NCBI GenBank assembly: GCA_950097015.1
Contig: CATNEN010000003.1
Coordinates: 15,004,001 to 15,068,000, forward strand
DNA from: Macrostomum hystrix
Lineage: Eukaryota > Animalia > Platyhelminthes
Direction of reading: 5' to 3'
Length of the DNA stretch: 64,000 nt
The stretch's first letter is position 1; each line of letters begins with the position of its first letter. A program made the translations under genes and the position numbers. This document shows, in pieces, positions 17,694 to 32,075 of this stretch. The notes beneath the pieces are model-generated. The model was not told where the DNA came from. It saw only the letters and a list, made by a program, of their open reading frames with translations, and ran no database searches.

Positions 17694-20600
17694 TTAAACT
17701 TCGTTAGCTTGCTCAACGCTAGCAGCATTGTTCGGAACCGTCATTGGATATTCGCAATCTTGGCTTAGTAGAGCCACCTGCTGCTGCTGCTGCTGCTGCT
17801 GCTGATTCTGCTGCTGCTGGCAGCGGTTAGTAGTTCGAGCATAGCTGTGCATTGTGTGACCTTTGGATCTGGCTAGTTTGAGCAGCGCGTAGTGCTCAGG
17901 ATCATCAGTGACGCAGGGCAGAAAGCGAAGCGCGTGACGAAATCCGGTTCGGAAGCTGCGGGTTACGGCACCGGCTTTTTTGAGTACAGATGAGCACCCG
18001 CTTCTTATGATTATTGGGTTTCCTTTTGATTTCTAAACCGCCACAAAATCAGCCCTCAAAGCCACACCTAACTCAGTCTTCAAAACCGCCCCAAACTCAG
18101 CCTTCAAAACCGCCCCAAAAACACAGCACTGAAACACTGGCCTAAACTCAGCCATCAAAACCGCCTCAAAATCAGCCCTCTAAACCGCCTGAAAATCAGC
18201 CCTCTAAACCGCCTCAAACTCAGCCCTCAAAACCGCCCCAAACTCAGCCCTCAAAACCGCCCCAAACTCAGCCCTCAAAACCGCCCCAAACTCAGCCCTC
18301 AAAACCGACCTAAACTCAGCCATCAAAACCGCCTCAAAATCAGCCCTCAAAACCGCCCCAAACTCAGCCCTCAAAACCGACCTAAACTCAGCCATCAAAA
18401 CCGCCTCAAAATCAGCCCTCAAAACCGCCCCAAACTCAGCCCTCAAAACCGACCTAAACTCAGCCATCAAAACCGCCTCAAAATCAGCCCTCAAAACCGC
18501 CCCAAACTCAGCCCTCAAAACCGCCCCAAACTCAGCCCTCAAAACCGCCCCAAACTCAGCCCTCAAAACCGACCTAAACTCAGCCCTCAAAACCGCCCCA
18601 AACTCAGCCTTCAAAACCGCCCCAAAAACACAGCACTGAAACACTGGCCTAAACTCAGCCATCAAAACCGCCTCAAAATCAGCCCTCTAAACCGCCTGAA
18701 AATCAGCCCTCAAAACCGCCCCAAACTCAGCCCTCAAAACCGCCCCAAACTCAGCCATCAAAACCGCCTCAAAATCAGCCCTCAAAACCGCCCCAAACTC
18801 AGCCCTCAAAACCGACCTAAACTCAGCCATCAAAACCGCCTCAAAATCAGCCCTCAAAACCGCCCCAAACTCAGCCCTCAAAACCGACCTAAACTCAGCC
18901 ATCAAAACCGCCTCAAAATCAGCCCTCAAAACCGCCCCAAACTCAGCCTTCAAAATAGACCTAAACTCAGTCATCAAAACCGCCCTAAACTCAGTCATCA
19001 AAACCGCCCTAAACTCAGTCATCAAAACTGCCCTAAACTCAGCCATCAAAACCTTCCCAGACTCTGCCCTCGAAGCCCCATGGAACTGAGGCCTCTGCAT
19101 ACTCACTTATTGTTCATCTTGCAATAAATCCAAGGATTAGGCCAGGTGCTGCAGATGGCCAGAAAGTATAAAAAAATGAACAGTCCCGCGCTGCTATTGG
19201 AAAAGATGAATCCGCTCTGATACGGCAGCCAGCAGAGGGCAAAGATTGTCACAACCGCTATCATCATGAGAACGATCTGTGAGTTAATGAAATCAAATAA
19301 TTATTTTTTTGGCTCATTTGGAAGCTATGCATCCAAATTATTCTCGCGACATCATAATAAATTGATATATTATGGCTGAAATAGGTACAAATATAGTAAG
19401 CAAGTGCGTAGAATTATCGTTTAGTTCTCTGACAGAAATTTATATCTTGTCCGCCTAGTTACCATTGCCCTGTCAGTAGGCCTGGCAGATTATAAATGCT
19501 GCATTATCCAGAAAAGTTTTTATCCCAAACTAAACGACCAGTTCATTCTTAATGCCCCCAGCTTAATCAATCTAAGCAATTCCGTTGATTAAAAAAATAG
19601 GCCAATCTCAATAAACAATGAAACCGGGGCATAGCTGTTCCATTTTAGCCATTAATGACGTCTTTTCTGTATGAAGGGTGACGCTCGCCATCATGTAAAT
19701 TTAATCAACTAATTAAGCGTCTAAATAAATTTTGAATTCCTCTGAAATGTAAGAAAGCTGCAGAATCTGCTGTTTCAATAAGCTGTCTGCAATGCTCAAA
19801 TCTTAGCTTTGATTTCCTTCGAAACTTCCTGATCAAACCAGCCAGCTAGCAATATCCTGTACCCCTCGATCTGACGAGAATCGGAAATATTGTGTTTCTT
19901 TAAATAATTCTTGGATCGCATCTCACATCCTTCTCTATCCATCAAAGCTTTCCGCCCCGTATTGTTTCACCCTGTCGATTTCCTCAAGCAGCACGTGTTC
20001 TCAGCTCCCACGGATTCCGCTCCGCACAGTTTTCACCTGTGCGCTTACCTCAAACCACTCACCTGAGACCGCCCTCGTCAATACTTCTGCTTCTAAAAGA
20101 AGACGCTGTACACTTTCTAGAGATACATGCGACGCGGGTATAATAAGCAATTGATTGGAGATTTAAAAAATCACCTTAAAATCTTGTCAAAAGATAGATT
20201 TCTATTTTTAGCTTTAGTCGAAAAAGTAGTCTAACAATTGGTAATGCAGACACAAGCCTTGCTCTTGGCAGCTGTAAAATTACCCGCATTTTCAAGCATG
20301 TTTTTAAGCAGATAGCTTTTTGGTAGAAGCTATTGCTTCCTGCTGCCTACCTTTGCCCTCTCTCTAAACACCTCCGTTTACTAATCTCTTCTCTCTCTAC
20401 TAATCTGCACTCTCTATTAATCTCTCCTCTCTCTCTACTAATCTCTCCTCTCTCTCTACTAATCTCTCCTCTCTCTCTCTACTAATCTCTCCTCTCTCTA
20501 CTAATCTCTCCTCTCTTTGCTAATCTGTTCTCTCTGTACTAATCTCCTCTCTCTCTACTAATCTCTCCTCTCTCTCTACTAATCTCTCCTCTCTCTCTAC

Positions 20601-23600
20601 TAATCTCTCCTCTCTTTGCTAATCTCCTCTCTCTCTACTAATCTCTCCTCTCTCTCTACTAATCTCTCCTCTCTCTCTACTAATCTCTCCTCTCTTTGCT
20701 AATCTCTCCTCTCTTTGCTAATCTCTTCTCTCTCTACTAATCTCTCCTCTCTTTGCTAATCTCTCCTCTCTCTCTCTACTAATCTCTCCTCTCTCTACTA
20801 ATCTCTCCTCTCTTTGCTAATCTCTTCTCTCTTTGCTAATCTCTTCTCTCTCTACTAATCTGCACTCTCTATTAATCTCTCCTCTCTCTCTACTAATCTC
20901 TCCTCTCTCTCTCTACTAATCTCTCCTCTCTCTACTAACCTCTCCTCTCTCTACTAACCTCTCCTCTCTCTCTACTAATCTGTTCTCTCTCTACTAATCT
21001 CTCCTCTCTCTCTACTAACCTCTCCTCTCTCTACTAACCTCTCCTCTCTCTCTACTAATCTGTTCTCTCTCTACTAATCTCTCCTCTCTCTCTACTAATC
21101 TCTCCTCTCTCTCTACTAATCTCTCCTCTCTCTCTACTAATCTCTCCTCTCTTTGCTAATCTCTCCTCTCTCTACTAATCTCTCCTCTCTTTGCTAATCT
21201 GTTCTCTCTCTACTAATCTCTCCTCTCTCTCTACTAATCTCTCCTCTCTTTGCTAATCTCCTCTCTCTCTACTAATCTCTCCTCTCTCTCTACTAATCTC
21301 TCCTCTCTCTCTACTAATCTCTCCTCTCTCTCTACTAATCTCTCCTCTCTTTGCTAATCTCTCCTCTCTTTGCTAATCTCCTCTCTCTCTACTAATCTCT
21401 CCTCTCTTTGCTAATCTCTCCTCTCTCTCTCTACTAATCTCTCCTCTCTCTACTAATCTCTCCTCTCTCTACTAACCTCTCCTCTCTCTCTACTAATCTG
21501 TTCTCTCTCTACTAATCTCTCCTCTCTCTCTACTAATCTCTCCTCTCTCTCTACTAATCTCTCCTCTCTTTGCTAATCTCTCCTCTCTTTGCTAATCTCT
21601 TCTCTCTCTACTAATCTCTCCTCTCTTTGCTAATCTCTCCTCTCTCTCTCTACTAATCTCTCCTCTCTCTACTAATCTCTCCTCTCTTTGCTAATCTCTT
21701 CTCTCTCTACTAATCTCTCCTCTCTCTACTAATATGTTCTCTTTACTAATCTCTCCTCTCTCTACTAATCTCTCCTCTCTCTACTAATCTCTCCTCTCTC
21801 TACTAATCTCTCCTCTCTTTGCTAATCTCTTCTCTCTGTAATACTTATCTAATCTCTCTATAATAATCTCACCTATCAACCAATCTCCTCACTCCTCACT
21901 CTCCTCACTCACCTATCAACCTGTCTTCTATCTCACTTATCTACCAATCTCACCTGTCTACCTATCTCACCTAACTACCTATCTCACCCGTCTACCAATC
22001 TCACCTGTCTACCTATCTCACCTGTCTACCAATCTCACTTATCTACCTATCTCACCTAACTATCTCACCTGTCTAGTATTTTCTTTAAATTCTTATATGC
22101 AAAGTAAGCTTTAAAATGACAACAATTTAACTTTCTTCAAACCTTTCTCTTAGCCTTGATGGTGTCCTCCTGGGCCTGAGTCTGCTCTCCTATTGGCTGC
22201 TGAGTCCATAGCCGGATGCCGATGATGATGTAAGCCGAACTCACCACAATCAGTGGCACGAGAAATTGCAGGGTCATTAGCGTGTAGTTTAGCCTGAAGT
22301 GGAAGCAGGTATTGGCTGTGAGAGTGAGATAAGAGAGAGTGAGAGTGGTACAGGAGAGAGTGAGAGTGGGATAAGAGAGAGTGAGAGTGGGATAAGAGTG
22401 AGTGAGAGTGGGATAAGAGAGAGTGAGAGTGGTACAGGAGAGAGTGAGAGTGGGATAAGAGAGAGTGAGAGTGGGATAAGAGAGAGTGAGAGTGGTACAG
22501 GAGAGAGTGAGAGTGGGATAAGAGAGAGTGAGAGTGGGATAAGAGAGAGTGAGAGTGGTACAGGAGAGAGTGAGAGTGGGATAAGAGAGAGTGAGAGTGG
22601 GATAAGAGAGAGTGAGAGTGGTACAGGAGAGAGTGAGAGTGGGATAAGAGAGAGTGAGAGTGGGATAAGAGAGAGTGAGAGTGGTACAGGAGAGAGTGAG
22701 AGTGGGATAACAGAGAGTGAGCGACAGTGATTTAGAATGTGAAACAATAGCAATCAGTGCTGGCGCATGTGGAGCAGGGCTTAGAGACATATGGACTAGG
22801 GTAAGGATTTACCTAAGTGGTTTTAAACGACAAGTTCAGTGAACGGAAACCCCATCCTTGTCCATCAATGCTGCTTCTAGAAGCATTCGCGCGCACGGTT
22901 TCTGTCGTGCACTTTATGCAGAGAAAAAAATCTATATTTTGTTTGCTTACTTAAATAGCTTAAGAAGCTAGACGGACAATGTCTACTAGAGAGATAGGCC
23001 TTGCTGTTACACACTTAAATACAGTATATATATATAAAATAGCAAACTTTGATGCTCTAGCCCAAGCCATGGGATTCGATTGAACCAAAAAAGGACGATA
23101 TAGACTAGAACAGTAGCAACCCAGCCCTAACCAGCTTTCTTGTGTCTCAATTGGCTTCAGAGCTTAACTGCTCAGAGAAATTGACTGCAATAGAGGTTAG
23201 AAAGCCATTTGTCACTTAATCAATCGCTCTCCAGCGCAGTCGATTGGAGGAGAAACAGTTTTCTGTGTTCTTTTGGACGAGAAAGCAGCAACTATTTTAA
23301 CTAGAACCCATTAGACGCATGAGAAGTCTCTCTGACACCCATGAGCAGTCTCTCTGACACCCATGAGCAGGCTCTCTGACACCCATGAGCAGGCTCTCTG
23401 ACACCCATGAGCAGACTCTCTGACACCCATGAGCAGGCTCTGTGACACCCATGAGCAGGCTCTCTGACACCCATGAGCAGGCTCTCTGACACCCATGAGC
23501 AGTCTCTCTGACACCCATGAGCAGTCTCTCTGACACCCATGAGCAGGCTCTCTGACACCCATAAGCATTTTCTATGGCACCCATGAGCAGTCTCTCTGAC

Positions 23601-26600
23601 ACCCATGAGCAGGCTCTCTGACACCCATGAGCAGGCTCTCTGACACCCATGAGCAGGCTCTCTGACACCCATGAGCAGGCTCTCTGACACCCATGAGCAG
23701 GCTCTCTGACACCCATGAGCAGGCTCTCTGACACCCATGAGCAGGCTCTCTGACACCCATGAGCAGGCTCTCTGACACCCATGAGCAGGCTCTCTGACAC
23801 CCATGAGCAGGCTCTCTGACACCCATGAGCAGTCTCTCTGACACCCATGAGCAGGCTCTCTGACACCCATGAGCAGTTTCTATGGCACTCATGAGCAGGC
23901 TCTCTGACACCCATGAGCAGGCTCTCTGACACCCATGAGCAGGCTCTCTGACACCCATGAGCAGGCTCTCTGACACCCATGAGCAGTCTCTCTGACACCC
24001 ATGAGCAGTCTCTCTGACACCCATGAGCAGGCTCTGTGACACCCATGAGCATTTTCTATGGCACTCATGAGCAGGCTCTCCGACACCCATGAGCAGGCTC
24101 TCTGACACCCATGAGCAGGCTCTCTGACACCCATGAGCAGGCTCTCTGACACCCATGAGCAGTTTCTATGGCACTCATGAGCAGGCTCTCTGACACCCAT
24201 GAGCAGGCTCTCTGACACCCATGAGCAGGCTCTCTGACACCCATGAGCAGGCTCTCTGACACCCATGAGCAGGCTCTCTGACACCCATGAGCAGGCTCTC
24301 TGACACCCATGAGCAGGCTCTCTGACACCCATGAGCAGGCTCTCTGACACCCATGAGCAGGCTCTCTGACACCCATGAGCAGGCTCTCTGACACCCATGA
24401 GCAGGCTCTCTGACACCCATGAGCAGGCTCTCTGACACCCATGAGCAGTTTCTATGGCACTCATGAGCAGGCTCTCTGACACCCATGAGCAGGCTCTCTG
24501 ACACCCATGAGCAGGCTCTCTGACACCCATGAGCAGGCTCTCTGACACCCATGAGCAGTCTCTCTGACACCTATGAGCAGTCTCTCTGACACCCATGAGC
24601 AGGCTCTCTGACACCCATGAGCATTTTCTATGGCACTCATGAGCAGGCTCTCTGACACCCATGAGCAGGCTCTCTGACACCCATGAGCAGGCTCTCTGAC
24701 ACCCATGAGCAGGCTCTCTGACACCCATGAGCAGGCTCTCTGACACCCATGAGCAGTCTCTCTGACACCCATGAGCAGGCTCTCTGACACCCATGAGCAG
24801 GCTCTCTGACACCCATGAGCAGTTTCTATGGCACTCATGAGCAGGCTCTTTGACACCCATGAGCAGGCTCTCTGACACCCATGAGCAGTTTCTATGACAC
24901 CCATGAGCAGTCTCTCTGACACCCATGAGCAGGCTCTCTGACACCCATGAGCAGGCTCTCTGACACCCATGAGCAGTCTCTCTGACACCCATGAGCAGTC
25001 TCTCTGACACCCATGAGCAGGCTCTCTGACACCCATGAGCATTTTCTATGGCACTCATGAGCAGGCTCTCTGACACCCATGAGCAGGCTCTCTGACACCC
25101 ATGAGCAGGCTCTCTGACACCCATGAGCAGGCTCTCTGACACCCATGAGCAGGCTGTCTGACACCCATGAGCAGTTTCTATGGCACTCATGAGCAGTCTC
25201 TCTGACACCCATGAGCAGTCTCTCTGACACCCATGAGCAGTCTCTCTGACACCCATGAGCAGTCTCTATGATACCAATGAGCAGTCTCTCTGACACCCAT
25301 GAGCAGTCTCTATGATACCAATGAGCAGTCTCTATGATACCAATGAGCAGTCTCTCTGACACCCATGAGCAGTTTCTATGGCACTCATGAGCAGTCTCTA
25401 TGGCATTCATGAGCAGTCTCTATGACACTCATGAGTCATGAGCAGTCTCATGAAAGCCATGAGAAGCACTAAATTATCTAATCGCAAACAATTTCAAAAC
25501 AAAGACTCACACAACACTGGCGTCTCCATAGATACGGCACTCAGTTACATTGATTTGTGTCATGCGCCCTTCGCCGAAGGAACTTTCGTTGTTGGCCCTG
25601 TTCTCGGTGACATTCTTCGGGCCGATTCGCAGCTCACTGATGACTGCCAGCGGAGCAGCTGTGACAATGCTGAACAGCCAGATGAAGGTGATGCTAGCTA
25701 TGATTGCCAGTCGTTTTGGTCGTGGACGCAGCGGATGCATAATGACCATGTACCTTCATAGTGAGCGGCAGTTGTTATTCTCAGGTAGAATAAAATAATT
25801 TTAATTCGTAAATAATTCAACATTTAAACCCAGCTTTTAAATGGGTAACCCAAATTCTATAGACTGAACATTCCGTCCATTAACTATAGTATTGTCTATA
25901 TAATTATGATAATAGTTCATTACACCTGCCCCATTAGGGCCAGATGTGCAGCCGACAGCACAGCCGCAGCTGTTGCGCGGCGCATCTGAAGGCTGCGTAC
26001 GGCTGTTCAGTCCATGGACTGGGGGGACGCCACACCCACCCTCAATAATCCCAGCCAATGCTGGTACCCATTTACATCTTGATGAACTAAAAAATGCAGA
26101 GTTAAATGGGATCGGGAATCGAACCCCCGACCTTCAAGTCGTGAGTTAAACGCCTTAACCACTAGGCTAAAATCCGCATTTTCTACACATAATGGTGTGA
26201 TTTAGGTCAATTGTAGTATATGATAAGTGCAATCTTTTGTTGAAAGAAAATATGCAAGTAACAAATCTTCTAAACTATTTAGTATTATTCGCTAATTATT
26301 TCATGTGTGGCCATTGTCTTAAGCAGTCATTACTTATTGTATAGCATTCTAAGCTGTATTATACAAGCCCATTAGAATGAAAGACAGATATGAAAGTGCT
26401 ACACTATAAATATACACGCATTACATAAGGAAATATTTCCCCATTATAGAAATAAATCCACACGCATGACCACACGTGTCTGTTTGCCTGTCAATCAGAA
26501 GCAAATAATGTATAGCTACAGCTTAAAGTAAAATTTCAAGTAAAATATAAATGGATAGGGGATGAAGCATAAATTTACGAGTAAAAGTTTATTAACGATA

Positions 26601-29085
26601 AGTTAAACAATAAATCAATCAATTTTAGTGGACGTTTTCTTATTGTTATAATCAATCAATTAACTGTGATAAAGCATCTGAGTCTATGTCATTTTGTCTA
26701 GATTTCCTTCAAGCCCAAAAATGGGCTTAAAGGAAAGGAATGGAAAGAAGAGGATAGTCTCCTTGCAAGGGGATAATTTCTAACTGTCAATTGATATGCA
26801 AGATAGATAAAAGGGGAGGGGTTGAGAGACAGGGTTGAAAGATAAAAGGGATTTCAGAATTAGCTTCCTAGATCAAGCAAAGCAGCAATGGAAACCTCTG
26901 CATAATTAAAGTGTCGATAAAATCAGAAGACATGGACAGAAATGCTAACGGCCGGATTCCACAGAATATAAAAAATGACACCTAGACCAGTTGGACCAGG
27001 TGTCCACCAAAACCCAATTTCTATGCCAGCTAATAATTTGATAATTAGTTATAATAATTGATTACAATTGCTCAAATCAGGTCGGAATTGCAGCAGACAG
27101 CACAGCCGCAGCTTTTGCGCGGCGCATCTGAAGGCTGCGTACGGCTGTTCAGTCCATGGACTGGGGGGACGCCACACCCACCTTCAATAATCCCATCTGA
27201 TGCTGGTACCGATTTAACAGCTGGGTGAACTGCAGCAATGCAAAATTATCTAAATATCTTACTTAGGTTACTTAGGATGTTGTAGCCTTGTGGATAGAGC
27301 GTTGGACTCACGACTTGAAGGTCGGGGGTTCGATTCCCGACTCCACTGGAACAATTTGTGTCCTTTAGTTTGACACTTTAACTCTGTATTGCTTCAGCTC
27401 ACCTCACTACTAGCTGGGGCTGTGCTGTCGGCTGCACATTTGGCCCAATTGGGCACAGATTTTTCCAGTGGAATCGAACCCCCGACCTCCAAGTCGTGAC
27501 TTCGAAGCTCCAACAACTAAGCTATAACTCCTCCTAGTTATACGAGTAGTAAGAATCATATTTTTTGTCAGTTATTATAACTATTATTGGTATTTTATCT
27601 CTAATCTGTCTATTATAATTAGTTTTAATTAAGAAAAAATCTCTAGTTGATTTGCACTTTTATTGAATGACGCCTTTTCGGGCAATACTTTTATGAGGGC
27701 AGATGAAGAGAAAGCTGTGGTGATGCTGGCTGGAAGTCAATATAGTAAATAGGCGATTTTAAGAGCCACATTTCCAATACCGCGGAGTGCAATTACCAGC
27801 ATCCTGCCCCTAATCCACCAAAGCGGAACCAGAAAAAATAACTGCGCCGCGAATTTTGAGGCGTTTAAACAGTGCATTGCTCTGTAGGAATAAGAATTCA
27901 GCTGAATGCATGTGGCGTAGAGAGCCTTCGATAGGCGGAGTAGATGAACCACGATATATTTTAACAGCGTAAATGGTTCTAGGATGTATGTAGGGTGCTT
28001 TCTAGGCGCATGTAATAACGCAGAGAGCCTCAAAGAACTCCGTCGGTTTTTATAAACAACTGTAGAACAAAACAGAATGCACAACTGATGGCCCACCTAC
28101 GGTTAGAGCATCAAACTTAAATCCGTGATGTCGCGAATATAATTATCAGTACTTAATTATGCAATAAGCACCAGTACTTTATTACGTATGATAACCAAGT
28201 ACTTGTACTTTAATGAAGGAACCTCACTACTTTATTATAAGAAACTGCACTACTATAACTTAATGAACCTCTATATTTTAACGTAAAGAACCTCACTGCT
28301 TTAACGTAAGGAACCTCACTACTATAACGTAAGGAACCTCACATCTTTAACGTAAGGAACCTCACATCTTTAACGTAAGGAACCTCACATCTTTAACGTA
28401 AGGAACCTCACATCTTTAACCTAAGGAGCCTCACATCTTTAACGTAAGGAACCTCACATCTTTAACGTAAGGAACCTCACATCTTTAACGTAAGGAACCT
28501 CACATCTTTAACCTAAGGAGCCTCACTAGTTTAACATAATGAACAATAATGAACACTACTATAAAGTAAGAAACATCATTGTTTTAACGTAAGGAATTGC
28601 ATTAATGTAAATAAAGAATACGCTTATAGATCGTAAGGAGCCTCAATAAACTTAAACCGTCACACAATTCGAAAAAGTTGACCTGAGCGATCTCTCACTG
28701 CTAATAAATAATCGGCGTCTGCTCACCTCTCAATCGCGATGGCCATAAAGGTAAAGACGGACAGCGAAATTGAAAACGTTGTCACAAAGTTGGACACCCG
28801 GCAGTAAAACAGGCCCAGTCGCCAGTCTTGGTCTAGGGTGTAGATCACATTGGGCACCACCTGCAGGGTGACCACTAGCAGCTCCGAGATGCTCAAATTG
28901 AGCAGAAAAAAGTTGGTGATGATTCGCATCTTGGCGTGGGCTACAATGACCCAGATCACCAGTGAGTTGCCAATTACCGAGACGCACATCACGGCGAAGA
29001 ATGCAGTCCAGATGAGCGCTTTGGTCACTGGTCCGAAGCTATCATTCACGCTGTTCGCTGTTGAAATCTCTGCCGTGTTGTTCAT
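17694..29085 (-). CDS. Tachykinin-receptor-like class A neuropeptide GPCR, 5 coding exons
   Basis: Exons 29085-28727 (TM1 GN, TM2 NLSISE, TM3 C...ER), 25753-25511 (YMVIMHPL, TM4, ECL2 Cys), 22293-22143 (TM5 ...KAKRK), 19276-19107 (CWLPY, NPWIY), 17955-17694 (FRTGF, polyQ tail, TAA). Phases are all compatible. Confidence 0.9.
18035..19073. repeat. 24-bp minisatellite (AAAACCGCCCCAAACTCAGCCCTC) filling GPCR intron 4
   Basis: Tandem units with higher-order blocks. Confidence 0.93.
20378..22075. repeat. CT-rich arrays (about 21-bp CTAATCTCTCCTCTCTCTCTA, then about 17-bp CCAATCTCACCTGTCTA) in GPCR intron 3
   Basis: Polypyrimidine tandem units at 20378-21850 followed by a related shorter array at 21864-22075. 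Confidence 0.9.
22318..22721. repeat. 21-bp GA-rich minisatellite with 63-bp higher-order unit
   Basis: Two copies of GAGAGTGAGAGTGGGATAAGA followed by GAGAGTGAGAGTGGTACAGGA; lies next to the GPCR exon 3 acceptor. Confidence 0.93.
23318..25452. repeat. 22-bp minisatellite (GACACCCATGAGCAGGCTCTCT) in GPCR intron 2
   Basis: About 95 units. Confidence 0.97.
25912..26170 (-). mobile_element. tRNA-derived SINE (family A), near full length
   Basis: Minus-strand head TAGCCTAGTGG (A box) ... GGTTCGATTCC (B box), followed by a CORE-like AAATGGGTACC segment and the shared 3' tail containing the palindrome CAGTCCATGGACTG. Confidence 0.85.
27065..27525. mobile_element. Cluster of three SINE family A pieces in alternating orientation
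   Basis: Minus-strand 3' part at about 27065-27240; plus copy at about 27283-27455 (A box TAGCCTTGTGG, B box GGTTCGATTCC); minus-strand head at about 27462-27525. Confidence 0.8.
28215..28530. repeat. 23-bp minisatellite (TTTAACGTAAGGAACCTCACATC) in GPCR intron 1
   Basis: About 9 good units with degenerate flanking units. Confidence 0.88.
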
Positions 29086-30884
29086 GGTTGACTTGTTGAT
29101 CGATCCTGCTTTGAATTTTAGCGGTTTCTTAAATAAATTATTTAAACATCTTTTACAAGGTCTATCTACGTAAAGAACCTGAAAGAAACACGTCGGGAAT
29201 CCTGTAAGGTACTTAACAGTAGAAAGACCAAGGGGGTATCTTAAATACCACATTTTCATTTTTCTGTATCTCCGAAATTATTAAACAAATCACCATTTAA
29301 AAGTTTTAGAATTTGAAAGTATAAAAAAGCAGTCTTTGTATCACTCGCACAGGTACAATGAACATTCCGTGCTATAAAAAGTCGTCCATTGTTAAGCTTT
29401 GAAACAAGTGCGTAGGCTTTGGTTGAGTTTCGCCTAGACAATAGCTGGTGCTGGCGTGCGAATCCACTTTGAAATAGTTAGCTTTTGCAATTTAAATAAA
29501 AAATTATAACTCGCTTCAATAGATTAATTAATAAACTGAAGCTTTCTTTACTGAAGGTCCGGATTAAAAAAGCAGGTGCTGCGTCTTTGACGACGCTTCA
29601 GTTTGGAGTGAGTTGCGAAATTGTCTGACAAGCAAAAACTGGAACTTTATCACCTTCTAGAATGTGAAAGTACAATCAAGGTGCCGAAACACTGAAAACT
29701 AAATTTTCTTGCGACAACAAAAAACTAATTTCACTAAACGAGGGTAAAGCAAAAAGTTGACTTTGACTTTGAAGGCACTTGAGTTTTGTGTGGCTTAGAA
29801 ATCTAACTGGAAACTGGAACGACTAGGTTTGGTTTGATTGGCAATGATCGGCTGAATGAATATTTGGTGAGTTAAATTGCAACCGGTGTGCAATAATTAG
29901 ATGCAGCTTAACGGTATGGACTATATGACATTGACCTCCCTTAGAAACTCATTCCCAATCTTCTGTACCCCGGCCCTTATAGTCTTTGCAATCCCATTGA
30001 TTAGGCACTGGCATCAAGTGTCCAAATTATGGAATTCCATATTTTCTTCATTTTCTTAATTCCTCACCGCTATAGCTACCAAGGAAAGTTACTTTTTACT
30101 TTTCTCTTCTTCTGAATTCTGTCCACCCACCCGAAAGCGGTCTCCCTTGGTTTTGTTCTATATAAACACAATAAAGCGGCGCCGTTTCCGTAATGCCACT
30201 GGATTTTTTTTGTTTAAAATAAGCAACACCGGAAGGTTCAGAGATACAAGGAGAATGCCAGTCAAGTGATGCTTCTGTTATCTTAGACCTGTACCTAAAC
30301 TATATTTCTCCGAATGAAATGAAATTAACCTGAGATAAACAAACAATCAACCAAGAATAGGGATAGCATTAATGAAGCGTAAAATTTCAAAGTCGAAGCA
30401 CTTTTTCTCAATCCTATGTCAAACTTTCTGTTGTCCTTTGTTGATGAATAATCGGTCCTCTATGAAAATGACACCAGAAAAAGGAAGAGATTAACAAGAT
30501 GAGGAGGCGGAGGGTAAAAATCGGTACAATTTAAGTATCTTTCCTTTTTTAACCTTCATAAAATTCTCGACTCTTGTTTTTTTGGCATGAGAATCCAAGA
30601 GATTTGCGTGCGGGTACAGCAATTGGTGTTGCCTGTCTCATCATCAAATCCTATTGACGAGATTTCATTGTTAGGATTTTTTACTACAACCTCTACCCCC
30701 GGGCCCTCAAATCAAAAAAAAATCCTGTCACATGCTCTAAGTTGCTTTCTACTGGGAATCTGAAAATCTGTCTAAAAATTGCACATTGTCTTCTCCACTT
30801 GACTTTCAGGGCTTCGCTATTCGTGACAAAAATCTTGAATTCTACAGGCGAGATCTGTGACCTAAGTCAGCCCCACTTTAAACA

Positions 30885-31128
<244 letters not shown>

Positions 31129-31621
31129 GTTCTTTAGTCCTCATGTAGACTATTATATAAGTTGATGTCTGAATCTTTACTGACTCTAATTAAAGGTGAG
31201 TGAGCAGTAAGGACTTACCTTTAAGACGAGATTAGCGCTTACTCGAATGAGCTATTAAAAGCCAAGAAGCAGTGGGCTGTTAGTGACTGCTATCCCGGAA
31301 AACTAACCGACTGTAGATCAAAAGCGGCGACTGCGAAATATCAGTCTTGCGTGATAGTCAAAGCCTAGATCGCATGTGTGACAGCGAGGCAGCTGGTTGC
31401 AGTGGCAGTTAGGGAATTAAGTTGCCTCAGAATCTATTTTTTCGTCCCTTTCGACCGATCTCTAAAAAGTGATCCTATTCATCGAAGGCGAGACGCGATT
31501 GGCCAATTCATTCTGCCAGCCAATGGCAAAGCGTTAGTTAGAGTGCCACACGCAGTCCTGAGTGTTTCGCACTCAACTGACATCCTAATATGGAAACATA
31601 TTTATCTGCTCTAGACAGAGA

Positions 31622-32075
31622 TAACTAACAGAGTTAGTTACCTGTTAGACAGAGTTAGTTACCTGTTAGACAGAGTTAGTTACCTGTTAGACAGAGTTAG
31701 TTACCTGTTAGACAGAGTTAGTTTACCTGTTAGACAGAGTTAGTTACCTGTTAGACAGAGTTAGTTACCTGTTAGACAGAGTTAGTTTACCTGTTAGACA
31801 GAGTTAGTTACCTGTTAGACAGAGTTAGTTACCTGTTAGACAGAGTTAGTTTACCTGTTAGACAGAGTTAGTTACCTGTTAGACAGAGTTAGTTACCTGT
31901 TAGACAGAGTTAGTTACCTGTTAGACAGAGTTAGTTTACCTGTTAGACAGAGTTAGTTACCTGTTAGACAGAGTTAGTTACCTGTTAGACAGAGTTAGTT
32001 TACCTGTTAGACAGAGTTAGCCACCTGTTAGACAGAGTTAGCTACCTGTTATACAGAGTTAGTCACCTGTTAGAC
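31622..32075. repeat. 21/22-bp minisatellite (ACCTGTTAGACAGAGTTAGTT)
   Basis: About 21 units. Confidence 0.95.
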
